DNA from: Vicugna vicugna
Taxonomy: Eukaryota
Direction of reading: 5' to 3'
DNA: 64,000 bases
NCBI GenBank assembly: GCA_013265495.1
Contig: MU058463.1
Coordinates: 2,565,523 to 2,629,522, forward strand
Of the stretch, positions 51,514 through 64,000 are shown one piece after another. The position numbers were made by a program, and so were the translations under genes. Position 1 is the stretch's first letter. Every line of letters begins with the position of its first letter. The notes beneath the pieces were generated by a model. That model saw only the letters and a list, made by a program, of their open reading frames with translations. It made no database searches and was not told the DNA's origin.

Positions 51514-51908
51514 TTACAGAAAAAAAAAAAACATAAAAAAACACACAAAAAAGGAAATTAAAAAAAAAAAAAGAAAGAAAAGAAAAAAACAAATGAACAT
51601 AAATACAAAACAGAAACAGACTCATAGACATAGAATACAAACTTGTGGTTGCCAGGGGGGAGGGGGGTGGGAAGGGACAGACTGGGAGTTCGAAGTTTGT
51701 AGATACTGACAGATATTATTATAGAATAGATAAACAAGATTATACTGTATAACACAGGGAAATGCATACAAGATCTTGTGCTAGCTCCCAGTGAAAAAGT
51801 AGTGACAATCAATATATGTATATTCATGTATAACTGACAAGTTGTGTTCTACACTAGAAATTGACACAACATTGTAAACTGACTATAACTCAGTAAGAAA
51901 AAAAGAAT
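51514..51908 (+). mobile_element. Young L1 3' end (camelid-type) with TSD
   Basis: acagaaacagactcatagacatagaatacaaacttgtggttgccagggggg...ctagaaattgacacaacattgtaaactgactataac; TSD aaagagctctttct (~51501) vs aaagaactctttct (~51909). Confidence 0.92.
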
Positions 51909-52093
51909 AAAGAACTCTTTCTGGAAGAACTTTTTAGGTAAATTTGGAATATTCATTAATAAGTTGGCAACTTAATACAATGTCAATTTGATGTCATCCT
52001 GCTAATTCTGTGTCCAGAGCTCCTTAAAAAGGAAACAAGATTTTATTAGATCCACTGTATACGTAGTTTCTACTGCCTTGGCATGTAGACAAT

Positions 52094-52097
<4 letters not shown>

Positions 52098-52155
<58 letters not shown>
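52098..52155. repeat. (TTA)n microsatellite, about 19 units
   Basis: Perfect trinucleotide run. Confidence 0.98.
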
Positions 52156-52156
<1 letters not shown>

Positions 52157-55100
52157 GAGATGGCAACTGATTTTAATACAGTTGCCTCCTACCATTCAAT
52201 GAAGAAGCTTCTCGAGTCACGAGCCTTTTGAGCAGACCAGGAAGATAAGGCCTCATGCGCTCAAGTGATTTATCCTCAGAATCAAAATTGACTCCTTGGC
52301 TAGGCTGGGATGAACCATAGGTCCTTACTCACATGAAGTATTTATACTTTTTAAAAATTTTAAATAAAAATTTTTTTGCTTCTCTTCACAATATTCATTA
52401 GTTCTAATCATATTATGGTCCCAATGTAGCTATTTTAACGTGAAATTAAAAGGCAGCCTAGCTTTGGACGGTTAGAGTTATTGAAAGAGGTGTCTGGAGA
52501 GCCATTTAAAATTTTCAAGTGAAAAAAAAAAGAGAGTGTGTATGTGTGAGAGAGCTGTTCTTTTCCTTTTAAAAATTAAGAAATCAAATATAGAAATAGT
52601 CTAATTTACATTAATGATCTGCAATCTATGAAACAATTTTTAACCATTTTAAAGTGAAAGGCTAGTGATTATGTGGGTGAGTAGATGACGATAATAATCA
52701 TAAATCTTTAAAAGCTGTAGACGTGAAAGGTGATAGCGTGTAAAAATGAGGTTGGCTAGGTCTCTGGCCTGAGAACTTTCTTAAGGAAAGCCTGAGCCAT
52801 TGTTCTCAGTCCTCGAGAGGGTGGGGCTTACTGTTTCCACTTGTCCCTTCCACTCAAAAGGACCGACCTCTGCCTTCCTGACATCCCAACACCGCTGTGC
52901 ACGTGCTGTGGGATATAGTGAGGTGCCCAGGCGAGCACTGGTCCTTCTCAGCCTCTCTCCCAGGGAGAGCAAAGCCAGGGATGCGCAGGATGTGGGAGTG
53001 TGGGAGGTGCAGGGGAAAGCCTCTGCGGAGCCCCTACTCTCCCAGGCGACTCTGAAGGAGAAGTCACCCTTCGTGTTGCAGGGGACTGGGAGTTCTTCTC
53101 TCCCAAGTTCTTCCACACAAGTACGGTGTGTGTCAGCTGCTGAGCTTCTGTTCTTCTTCCTACCTGGCCCAGTCTCTCGAAGAGAAATAAATAGTATTAG
53201 TCCTGGGGGCATGAGTGAGAATGGAAGACAGAAGAGTGGAAGATGGAGGTAGAAAGGGAGAGATATGTCTGAATCCACCAGCGAGCAGAACAAACCCCAA
53301 ACCCTATATGGAAGGAAGAGCAGGGTCCATTGAATGATTCAACTAAGAAGAAGGAAGAGCAGGCATGAGCCGTGCATACTGCCCTGGAAAAAAATTCTTG
53401 GAATTAGAGACCTGATTGGAAATAGAGTCTGCTTGTCCTCTTTCCCAGTTCTAGATCCTATATCATCACTGGGAGGAAAACACCTTGTGGCAATCCTCAC
53501 TTAAAGCACAACCAGAAACCAAAGGATTTTAAACATGCTCAGTGATCCTTTGAAACAAGCCACAAACAAGGAATTCCCCTCCTGTTGCTGGACTCAGACC
53601 ACGGAGGTGCAATGAAAAGTACGCTTGATTGTGGTACAATAAATAGTATGTTTCTTCATAATTTTAATATCTCAACTGTAACCCCAAGTCTCTTAAGGTA
53701 AATAGTTAATGACCATTATGTGCGAATGTCATACTTTAGGGGAGCTCTGTGGCATGGATTTGGTTTTATTCGACAGGCCAATACTATGGAAAGAATTTCA
53801 ACGTTCAACCTTATTTTAAAGACAAAAATGGATTTTTTTTTAAAGTCTTCAGAGAATTGGTTCAAGCAACACCATTATGTGTTATACATATTAGAGAAGG
53901 GGGCATGGCATGTACTCAGAGAGTTTTAGAGGAAATTAGAATGCTACAAATGATCCCCTTTCTTGAATCCTGAAAAAGTCCACTATGATTTAGCACCAGT
54001 GGAATTGTTAATAGAAACTTCTTTGCACATTGTGTATAAACAGCACAGCCCAGCCTGTATCAACTTTATGCTCCAATAAACAAGACAATAATGACAAATT
54101 ATCAAAGCCGGCCTCAGATGTGACCCTCAGTTGGGAGAGCAGCAATTTAATGAAGACAAAAGCTAGGTGAAAGCTGCTAATATCATTTACTGATAAACAG
54201 ATTTTCTCGAGAGGCTCCTAGCTGAATCCCCTAAGGACCCATAAACCTGCATAATTCCATTTAAAATATTGTGCAATTCACTAAATTAGTCTTTGAACAT
54301 CCTTACTATCCAATTACGAAGCCCCAGCATGGACAGAATAATGAAATTTTTCAAACTGTGGAATGCATGTGGTCTTAACAAACTTATGACAAACACCAAA
54401 ATTAGCTTTCAATTTTGAGGCCAGTGTAGCTTCCTTTAATACCTCAAGTCAGAGTGGCAACAATAAAACACTATTGCAGGGCTAAGCAAAACAGAAGAAA
54501 AATATATCTTGACGTACTCAGAATTCTGAGCACGGTCTACCTTGAGGAAAAAAAAAAACGTAAGAAGTTGAATGATGTTTTGCATTTGCAAGCTATTTGG
54601 TCGCTTAAAATCTAGTAAAAGCTTTACTGAATAAAGGGCACAAAATACCTCCTGGACAGTTCTATCTTCCAGGCAGGCAGAAAAAGGCGAGAGTTTGAGG
54701 AAGTGAAATTTATTTCTGTTCAAGCATTGCAAGCTGCATTATTAAAGTCATTTGTCATGGTTTGAATATTTCTGCCTGATTCACCATTAAATTGGCCTTC
54801 TAATTACCAACTTTGTCATGAAAAGTGGTTTGGCTGTTTCATTCACCAGAAAACTTCAATTCTTTAATCATCACTTGCTTTCATATAAAAAGAAAGAAAG
54901 AAAAAATGAAAACAACAAACCATATATTTTTATCCTCAAATCTTAAAATACATGTCAACACGATAATGCTTAAAGGATCTCACAGCCATACATTTTTACA
55001 GTGTTGGTAAGTATTTAGAAAAGGAGTTATCATTTCATCTTTATAAAAGAACTTGCCAACATGAACCCATTATTTGGTTACATAAGTCAGTCTTGTCTTG

Positions 55101-56389
55101 GACCATGTATCCTCTTGTTATAGCTTTGGAACGACAGGCACCAACTATAATTGTAATGAGCCAGGAAATTTCTCTTTCTCATGTATCCTTGCTTCTTAGC
55201 TTCTTGGTTGGTGTATGTAACTCTATCCACAAGCAAAGGATCTGGAATCCATGGCTTCTCTGAGCAGCCTAGTGAAGTCACTGATAAATTGTTTTCAGTG
55301 TCCTTGTTCGTACCCTCAGGTGGAGAAGGGCGGGAAACTGTGGCTGACACTCACATGGGCATGGTATCTTTCTGTCTATATTCATTTTTGTTGGATGATG
55401 GAACAGCAAACACTCGTATTTTAAACTGGACGGTACAGCTCCCTCAGCATTTGGGGCAAAGAGATCTAATCTACCAACTTTGTTACAAGAATATGAGGGA
55501 ACACCCATTTAACAAAACAGAGACTGGCAAACATGCGTTGACCCAAAGCACACCAAATTGTGAGATATTTTACAGACAAGGAAACTAAAGCAAAGAAGGG
55601 TTTTGGCAGTTTCTCCAAGGTTCCACAGTAAAGTAAAGCCAGTCAGACCTTCTGCAGCCCACGAATGTAACCATCTCTCCATGTGCATGGCGAACACTTA
55701 GCATGGTGCCTGGTATGGGTGTGTGTATTACATCTCTGAGCTACTTAATTTTCATGTTTAGACCATCTTTAAAAAGTGTGTACCCTTTAGAAATTTTCAT
55801 TTTTTAGGCTCCAGATAAATAACTCCATGTTTTAACTGCTACAAAGGCAACAGATACTAAATCTGAAGAACTTGAAGGTTACATCATTGGAATTCATATA
55901 TTAGCATTTCATGGTTAGCATCTGTAGATGCCTTCTCTTATGAAAGCAATCTTTGGGTACACATTTTCTATTGATGTATATGGGCAACAAAAATGGGTAA
56001 AACATCTGAATGATGTTTATGATTGTTGAAAGCTTATTTTTATAAATTTTTTTGTTTAATTACTAACTTGGAGGGGAGTTACATCTGCTAATGAGAGGTT
56101 TACTCACAGCAAAATTATTTCACAGTTTCAAGATAATTGTGAATACTTTCTGATCCATTTTTCAGGTTGTATCTAAATGGATCCACTGGTTTTGTCATGT
56201 TTTTGGCATTGAATCAAACTAGAGAAATTTGGTTAAGAATTTTGAATGTAATAAAATATTAAATTAGATACCCACCTTTAAAAATAACTAGAACATCTTT
56301 GAGGAAAAAAGTGGTGTTACTAATAATTATTAAAACAATAGGGCTGAGTTATAACCTGCAGTAGGCTCCTAAAAAAAGAATGATCATAG

Positions 56390-57780
56390 GTAAAATTTTT
56401 GGAGTCCTGATATGTCTAAATATATATTTATTCTACTCTCAGATTACATTGAGAATGATGATAATATAAAATTTTTGGTTTAAAGTCATTTTGCCTTAGA
56501 ATTCTGAAAGACATTTTTCACTTCTATTTTCCTACGTTGCTTTGAGAAATCTGATGTCATTTTGATTCTGTGCTCTTTATACATGTGATCTATTGCATGG
56601 TCTTCTGAATTTTTCTGAATCTTTCTCTTTTTTCTTTCCTTTCTCTCTTTATTGAAGTATTCAGGATTTTTTGTTTATCCTTGATGGTGTGAAAATTCAT
56701 GGTGGTGTGTCTTGATTTGGTCTTTTTTTGTTTTCCCAGTTATTGGGCTGGGTACTTACAATATACTTATAACCTGGAGACAGATACCTTCAGTTCTGAA
56801 TGTTCTTCTTGTGTTATTTTTAGATTATTTTTCTCAATTCTTCCTATTCTCTCTAGACCTTTTATTAATAAAACATTTTATCTTCTCAACTTCTTTTTCA
56901 TTCTTCCATTTTCCATTTCTTTGTCTTTTTGATGTATTTTCTAGCAACTTTTCTTGTCTTTATCAACCTTTCTATTAAATTGTAATTTTGGCTATCCTAT
57001 TCTTAATTTATAATAGCTCTTTCTTCTTTCTGATTGTTCTTTTTCACAGCATCCTGTTCTTGTTTTATGAACAGTCTGTTTTCTTGACTCCTTAAGGATA
57101 TGATTATTTTTTAAAGTCTCTTATGTACTCTGCATTGTCTGTCTGCTCTGAATTCCTTTGTTTGTGTGATTATTTTATACACTTTTTCAGATTGGAGGCT
57201 GTACTCAAATACCTGGTGATCCCTTGCTGCTATTAATGCTTCTGAATGAGGCACTAAAAAGACAATCTGAGGCATCATACATGTGGATGGGACTTCTCCA
57301 CTGAAGGACCTCACTGTGGGGTTATCCGGAAGCAGGGTGACCTTTTCATCAGATCTCTAAAAGTCAATTCAGTCTCCCCAGAGAGGATTTCTTCAAATTT
57401 CCTGCTTTCCAAACTGTTGGCAAGCACCCTACGAACCTGCTTTCTCTTAATCAATTCACTCTGTTACCAGCTCCACATATTGAGCCTGATCACTTTTGTG
57501 CCTGTTGTACCTGAATCTGGAAACCCTCATTTTCTTAGGAGTTTCAAGGACTGTACATAGCCTTTCAGCCCAACCATATCTTTTTGGCTTTGCATTGTCA
57601 GATATCTGATATCTCCAGGTGTAGAAGCTCTCAGGGGTTGATGGGGCAAACTGGCTCACCTGTGTTGTTGCTCCACCTCTGCCCGGATTTATGTTCTAAT
57701 TTCTTCTACTCTGTTAAATCCATTGCTACCCCTGCATCTGCTTTCTGTATTTTGAAAAATGTGATGGAAACTCTCCTCAC
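56390..57780 (-). mobile_element. Ancient L1M/HAL1-like 5'/ORF1 region
   Basis: T-rich strand with the L1 ORF1-region motifs ttgccttagaattctgaaagacatt and ttgctttgagaaatctgatgtcattttgatt; subfamily uncertain. Confidence 0.6.
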
Positions 57781-59382
57781 ATTTTTACAATTTCAGTCTC
57801 AGTAGAACCCACATAGCTCTAAAAACCAGCTCCTGATCTGATTACTAAATTCAACTGATAATGCAATGGCTGGCTGTATCTGCTGATGTCCAAGTTTCAG
57901 CAGTTGTTGCAGAGGCTACTGAAAATCTAGACATCAGGCAAAAATCCAGATCAGAGAGCTGAAGCCAAAGAATATTCTAACTTCACAAGATCCCTGCCGA
58001 AATATCAAAGCAGGCAGCCTCCAGCCAATAAGGGGTTGCTGATCTTGTATCAGAAAAGGAAATGGAAAAGAAATGGTGAGTTTGCAGAGGAAAAAAATTT
58101 TTCTTTAAATAAAACACAGACCTGCAGTGTTAGCAGTTGACATTTAAAAAAAAATTTAAGTGATGAGCCTGTGACTTTAATATTACGGCTCTATCCAACC
58201 CTCTGAATCTTTTTATCATACCTAAAGAATTGTTCATTCATCTTTCAGGAATACATTAGAGCAAGAGTTTTCCCATAGGCAAAAGCATTATACATATTTG
58301 CAAATGTCTTACATAATGATGCGAATGCTATGCGCAGGGATGCTTTGATGAAAGGTGGGAACAATACAGCACTTTCCATTCTGTTTCATTAGCTAGCAGA
58401 CTCCCAAGTAAAGGGAGTTTTCTTTGTCATTTATGCTTTTTCAAACATTAAAAAGGCCGGTGGTATTTAAAATTCATGGTACTGAATTTACATGCTGTAA
58501 ATAGGAATGTTGGTTGTTATTTGACAGAAAATGTTTGTTTCTTAATACAGATGTTTCATCTCACACTTCTATTTCCGGTCATTATTTCTAATAACTTATT
58601 TAAAATATCTGTTCATTTAAGAAATCAGACCAATTTTTTAATTGGGATTTAAAAGTATTCTCAATCTATGAGAGAGAGGAAGTAAAACCATAACTCCTAA
58701 CTGCCAGTACAAAATAAATTGTCTTTTTATTTAGCTTGTTATGGTCAACGCAGGTTTAAATACAATGACTCATATTAGGACTTGATTGTCAATGTAAAAA
58801 AATAAACAAAAGTCCCAGCAGCTTAGTGTCTGCTTCCCCTCCACATCAGGATTTCCGTGTCATTATACCCCAGCTACGGCAGCTTATTATGGCCATTGTT
58901 TAATTTGTGCTCTGTTTTCACAAATAACACTTGTACAGGCCTCTTGGGGCTGCTGAGAGAAGCCAGGCCCCTCTCTTTGCCTCGTGTCAATTCTTTTGTG
59001 AACCTTTATAATTAGCCACTTAACAAATTGAGGGAAATGAACCTTCAGCTGCAAAGTATATCCTGAAGTTAAGTCAACCATATGACAGGCAAAACCGATA
59101 TACGGAAATCTCCTTCACTCAATTGTTGAGTTGCCTCAAGGGTTAAGAGGCATTCTACCAGTAACAGCCTAAAAGGAAAGCCTTAGAAGTGATGCTTTTT
59201 GATGGCTCACTCTCCAAATGCCTGTTAGCCTTTCCAAGAAACAGCACACATTAGAAGAAGCACACATTTCAAAGTGGTATGGCTACTTCTTTTTCAAATC
59301 TTTTGTTTTGCAGACGGAAAATGTCAAAGTCTGACTTTGGAAGAAACAAGATTCCCAGCTTCAAACATAGAGATTAAATGTT

Positions 59383-59470
59383 AAAAAAAAGAAAGTGAGA
59401 GAAAGAAAGAGAGAGAGAAAGGAAGGAAGAAAGGAAGGAAGGGAAGGAAAGAAGGAAGGAAGGAAGAAAA
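59383..59470. repeat. (GGAA/GA)n purine-rich low-complexity repeat
   Basis: Imperfect gaaa/ggaa tetranucleotide run. Confidence 0.9.
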
Positions 59471-60395
59471 GCATTTGGGCTGCAGTATGTAAGTACAAAA
59501 AATTGACATTATGTATATTAAGATATTAATGAATTTTTTTTTCAGAATCTATAATAGGGACCCTAAGAGCAGGGTGCTATCATTACAAACTCTTCCCTTT
59601 TTATTACTAATTAGACTTCTAAATGTGAATGTAAATGTACCTTAGAGAGTATGTATTAAAAAGTTGCATATGCATAAGAGATCATTTCAAATTCATCTTC
59701 CAATGAAAACTTCAACTTTGATATTTTCTCATGTTCCCACTTATACCACATTAACATAGTCTTTTATATTTAATTTCTAAATTCCATTGTGATCATTCTA
59801 TCAAGGTATTTACTTTGGGGAACTGTCTGATATCTTAATCCCCAGTTCAATAGCCAACAGTCAAGTGTTATCAATTTAATTTATCCTGTTAACCTCAGTG
59901 ATTCTTTTCCAAGTTAAATGTATATTGCCTCTAAAGTATACAATGAAATTTATCTGGTTTAGTGGCACATCCAAATCAAAAATATGTATGATACCTTTTA
60001 TACAGAGCTGGGGAGATATAAATGGAGTTTATATTCAATGAGAATGTAGAATATTTTAATATTAGAAGATAAAAAATTTTAAGATGCTATAATGTGGTAA
60101 GATACCAGAATCCTTTATATCTTGAGAGCAATAAAATGGAGCACAGTAACATTTCTATAGTTGTCACTGAAGTAAAATGAGATAGTTTTCACTTCACACA
60201 ACCTCAAAGTGTTACTGCAAATAAAAATTTTGGTTTTTAATATATATCCTGAATATCTTACTTAAAGGCTTATAGCAACATGCCATTGTTTTCATCAGCT
60301 ATTAAATCTGCCATATGGTCTACTGACATCGCTTAATCAAGGCTGTGTCTGTACAAGAACTGTTAACCCACCCATGCTTACCTACCTTTCTTTTT

Positions 60396-61399
60396 TTAGC
60401 TTTTTTGGGGATATAACTGACATTTCTATATATGCAAGTTGTATAACTTGGTGTTTTCGTATGTGTACCCACTGTGAACTAATCACCACAACCAAGCCAC
60501 CTAACTTCTCCATCACCTCATATAATTACCATTCTTTATTTCTCTTTCTCTCTCTTTCTTTCGTCACTGTGGTGAGAACATGTAAGATCTATCCTCCTAA
60601 TAAAATTTTAAGTATACAGTGCAGTGGTGTTAACTGTAGTTGCCATGCTGTACACTAGATCTCCAGAACTTGTTCATCTTGCATGACTGAAACTTTGTGT
60701 CCTTTGATCACCATCTCCTCATTTCTCCCTCCCCTTAGAGTTCTCCCAAACTCTGCTTCTATGAGTTTGACTATTTTACATTTCCACATATAAGTAAGAT
60801 CACGCAGTATTTGTCTTTCTGGCCTGGCTTATTTCACTTAGCACAATACCCTTCAGGTTTAACCCTGTCGTTGCAAATGACAAGATCTCCTTTTTAAGGG
60901 CTGAATAATACTCCCTTGTGTGTAAATAGCATTTTTTCTGTTCATCTGTTGATGGACATTTAGGTTGTTTCCATGTCTTGACTGTTGTGAATAGTGCTGC
61001 AGTAAACATGCAGCTCAGTAGCAAAAACCCAAATAACTTGCTTTCAAAAAAGAGGAAAGGACCTGAAGAGACATTTCTTGAAAGAAGATATAAATGGCTA
61101 ACAGGCATATGATGATCACTAATTATCAGGGAAATGCAAACAAAAACCACAGTGAGCTATCACCTGGCGTCTGTTAGAATGGCTATTATCAAGAAGACAA
61201 GAGATAAATATTGGTGCAGATGTGAAGAAAAGGGAACCCTTGTGCACTGTTGGTGAGGGGAATGTGGATTATGGAAAACAATAAGGAGATGCCTCAAAAA
61301 ATTAGAAATAGAACCACCATATATCCAGCAATCCTGCTTCTGGGCATATATCCAAAGGAAATGAAATCAGCACATGGAATAGATCTCTGCACCCTCATG
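60396..61399 (-). mobile_element. L1 (L1MA9-like) insertion with 5' inversion
   Basis: 60396-61010 is the L1 3' end on the minus strand and 61011-61399 is the preceding ORF2 segment on the plus strand; TSD cctttcttttt (60385-60395) vs cctgtcttttt (61400-61410). Confidence 0.9.
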
Positions 61400-61434
61400 C
61401 CTGTCTTTTTGAATGAGTGGTAGTGAGAGCAAAC

Positions 61435-61650
61435 CTTTATCACGTGACTGACAGTGTGTCAGCCACTGTTCTGGGCACTTAATACGTTAATTAATGCAAT
61501 CACCACTGGAACCCTAGGAGAGAGCTGCTCTTCTCATCCCCACTCTCCAGGTGAGGAGACTGAGGCCAGTGAGGGTGTGTTCACTGGGGTAGGAAGCAGG
61601 CAGTGCTGGGATGTCAACCTGGCTGCCTGGCTTGAGTCTGGGCCCTCGAT
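61435..61650 (-). mobile_element. MIR SINE
   Basis: ccactgttctgggcactt...ccccactctccaggtgaggagactgaggcc...gtgctgggatgtcaacctgg. Confidence 0.75.
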
Positions 61651-61865
61651 CCCCAGCCCTATTGATCTGTCTCCCTGACTTATCCTCTGTCTGGCTCTTC
61701 GCCAAACTGACTAGTTTTTTTTTTTTTTAGTATCACATAACTAGCTCAGGATAACCCTCCAGCAGTTCTCCTTGGTTAGAAGTCTTTTAACCTGTCAGAA
61801 GCCTTCTTTCCTCAATTGTTGATGGCCTTAGAGGCCTATTACTCAGGGCTGAAGTCAGATGGTAT

Positions 61866-61997
61866 TAAAGTGACCATATAATTTATTGTGTCAGTGAGAT
61901 ATGTTAAAGCAGGGAATCAGGTGCTATTAATAATCACACACCTAAAACTGGCAAAACTGGGACTGTCCAAGGCAGAGCTGCGCATTTATTCATCCTA
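61866..61997. mobile_element. MER94-like hAT-Blackjack MITE
   Basis: taaagtgaccatataatttat...tgctattaataat...aactgggactgtcc...catccta matches the recalled MER94 layout and TIRs. Confidence 0.8.
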
Positions 61998-62888
61998 GCA
62001 AAGTACCTCGAAGTCTGGACATTCAGGGTTTTTTTTTTATGGTGCAGACAGGGGAACAGCTGTCTGTTCTCCAGATGCCCTTGCAAAACGTGAGGAGATC
62101 ACGTACACCGATGGAGTCACCCCACTGACCTGCTACTTCACACATTTGAACCTCATGTGAAAATCAGTTTGCGAGTCCTAGGCAAGCCTGCCTTTGAGAA
62201 ATTGTCCAAATAAGCCAGGACTCTAGCCACCCTTAAAAGTGGTCATAGCTCTTATCCAGATTACTGGTGGATTGAATGAATGAACGAATGAGTGAACCGG
62301 GGGCCATGGGGAGAGGCTGCTGCCTCCGTGGCACTTCAGCACGCTGCAGCACGCCGCACTGCTGGGGGTTGCGGGGAGTGTTTTCCCAGCCTTTCGTGTT
62401 TTAGAGGAAAGGTTGTAAAATGTTCTAACCGAAAGTCAGGTTGCCTATAAAAAATGGAAAATCCACCATCCTTATTCCTGTTTGGCCTATTAGAATAGAT
62501 TAATTCTGGTGGTACGGCTGCTAAGACACCTATAATTTGATGATAATGTTCCTCATTTTCAAAATGTTGTTCCAACTTTGATGGCTGGAATTAGGAAAAG
62601 TGCGATTCCACAAACACGTGAGACTGTCTACGTATGGTGCTTCCACCTCGGAACCTTGGTTGGCTGTTTCCCACTTACAATGCCCTTCGTCCCACTCTGT
62701 CCACTGAAGGCCTTTTCTTGGAGGTCTGGCTCGAGGTTAACTTCTTGCGGTGGTTTCCTTCATCACCACCACCATCCACAGGGAGCGCTCACCCACCAGA
62801 TTCTGGTCACACATTCTGTCTGTTTCATTGTAAAAGACACCATATGTGCTGCTTGAATTGGCACACATTTATTCACATGATAAATCAT

Positions 62889-62946
62889 TATTATTATTAA
62901 TATATGTTTTTATTGAAGTATAGTCAGTTTACAATGTGTCAATTTC
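62889..62946 (-). mobile_element. Extremely truncated L1 3' stub
   Basis: tttattgaagtatagtcagtttacaatgtgtcaatttc is the L1 terminus; TSD ttcacatgataaatcat (62872-62888) vs ttcacataataagttat (62947-62963). Confidence 0.85.
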
Positions 62947-64000
62947 TTCACATAATAAGTTATATAAGAATGTTTTTTACAGAGCAGATGGTCTGTCTTT
63001 TTTGGTCCTTGTTTACTGAAAAATATTTCTATGGGATCACATGCATATGTGTTACAGAATTAATTCTCAGGCTTGCTTTTATTGTAACCTACCATTAAGT
63101 AGCAAGATTTGGGGGGAGAAGAATTTTAGCTCTTGCCTATTTTTAACTATTAGAAGCTATATGTATCTACACAAATAAATCTAATAAACATACATGCCCA
63201 CATAGGCTTACGTTAGTAACAAGAATTTTAATGAAAAGTGTGGAGACTTTTGTTATAATTTTCTTATTAATAATATGTGATCGCTTGGTTTATATATGAG
63301 TGCTGGATTTGAAGAGTTTATTTCAATTAAAAAGTGACCAGATATGTGGATAAATAATATATTTACAGTATTTATTATGTAAATAAATAACTGCAATAGT
63401 GCATAGCGGTTGAAGACAGTATATGTGTGGTTAATCAGAATGATGGACAGCAGGTGATATATGAGTCCAGGGAAATGCACTTTGAAGTCCTTTCCTAGTA
63501 TGAAAGCAGACCCCCAGGATGAAACAACTTTTTCCAAATACTCAATGTCACGAGGATGAGTTATTTGATACAGATTATAGAGCACTCAACGCAGCCCTAG
63601 TGTCCTAAAAGTTAGAGCATCTCCACGTGAGTCCAGCACACACCAGTACTCATGTGAGAACAGCCTGTTGGGTTTCTGCCTTGGATCTCAGCTCTGCCAA
63701 GGAAGAAGGAATAGAAGGCTAAACTCAGAAACAAGGATGCTTGTTACTTTCACAAGGGCCACATGGAGATGTCCCGGGCCCCAGCTCTGTTTTCTTCCTC
63801 AGTATGTGACAGGACAAATGTACATTTTTTAATGGGTGAAGTACACCAAGGACACTAGCAGGTGGATGACTGCTGTTTCCCCTTCTGGATCCCCTGTCTG
63901 GTAACTGTCCCTAGTTGGTGAAAGCAGTTAAACCAGTATGATGACAATGATGCACTTACAAGTCCTTCTGGTTTCATCTCCACAGCACTTCTCACATAGA

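Noticed and set aside
51266..51709. 147-aa lysine-rich ORF
   Set aside because: Reads through poly(A) tracts and an L1 3'UTR
52781..53293. Longest ORFs (170 aa minus, 150 aa plus)
   Set aside because: Overlapping antisense ORFs in a GC-richer patch with no recognisable domain or convincing splice context
60800..61150. 116-aa ORF with an L1 ORF2 C-terminus-like peptide (TWKQPKCPSTDE)
   Set aside because: Decayed L1 fragment spanning the inversion junction, not a gene
1..64000. Prokaryotic systems (CRISPR arrays, operons, rRNA) or intact ERV/L1 coding regions
   Set aside because: No regularly spaced direct repeats or long ORFs; the sequence is mammalian, all LTRs are solo and all L1s are truncated

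Overview
Mammalian, AT-rich, repeat-dense non-coding DNA, most likely from a camelid (camel/alpaca lineage). That call rests on a Vic-1-type tRNA-derived SINE and young L1 3' ends that I recognise from memory as camelid-type. No known protein-coding gene is recognisable, and the supplied ORFs are essentially chance ORFs or repeat/microsatellite read-through. Well-supported content: a full-length U6 snRNA retrocopy, four ERV1-class solo LTRs, several L1 3' ends with target-site duplications (TSDs; one with a twin-priming inversion), many ancient MIR/L2/hAT fossils and microsatellites. Less certain but more interesting: (i) a cluster of strong splice-site-bounded segments at ~37.9-41.9 kb that chain in frame into an unidentified ~106-codon peptide (unannotated gene, decaying pseudogene or lncRNA); (ii) a polyadenylated, TSD-flanked retrocopy of an LTR transcript end whose parent LTR family also sits in the window; (iii) a CTCF site with its upstream module; (iv) an old local duplication with third-position-biased divergence; (v) several repeat-free, homeodomain-motif-rich blocks resembling developmental enhancers. 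Repeat family names come from recalled consensus sequences, not from a search, and the edges of old repeats are approximate.
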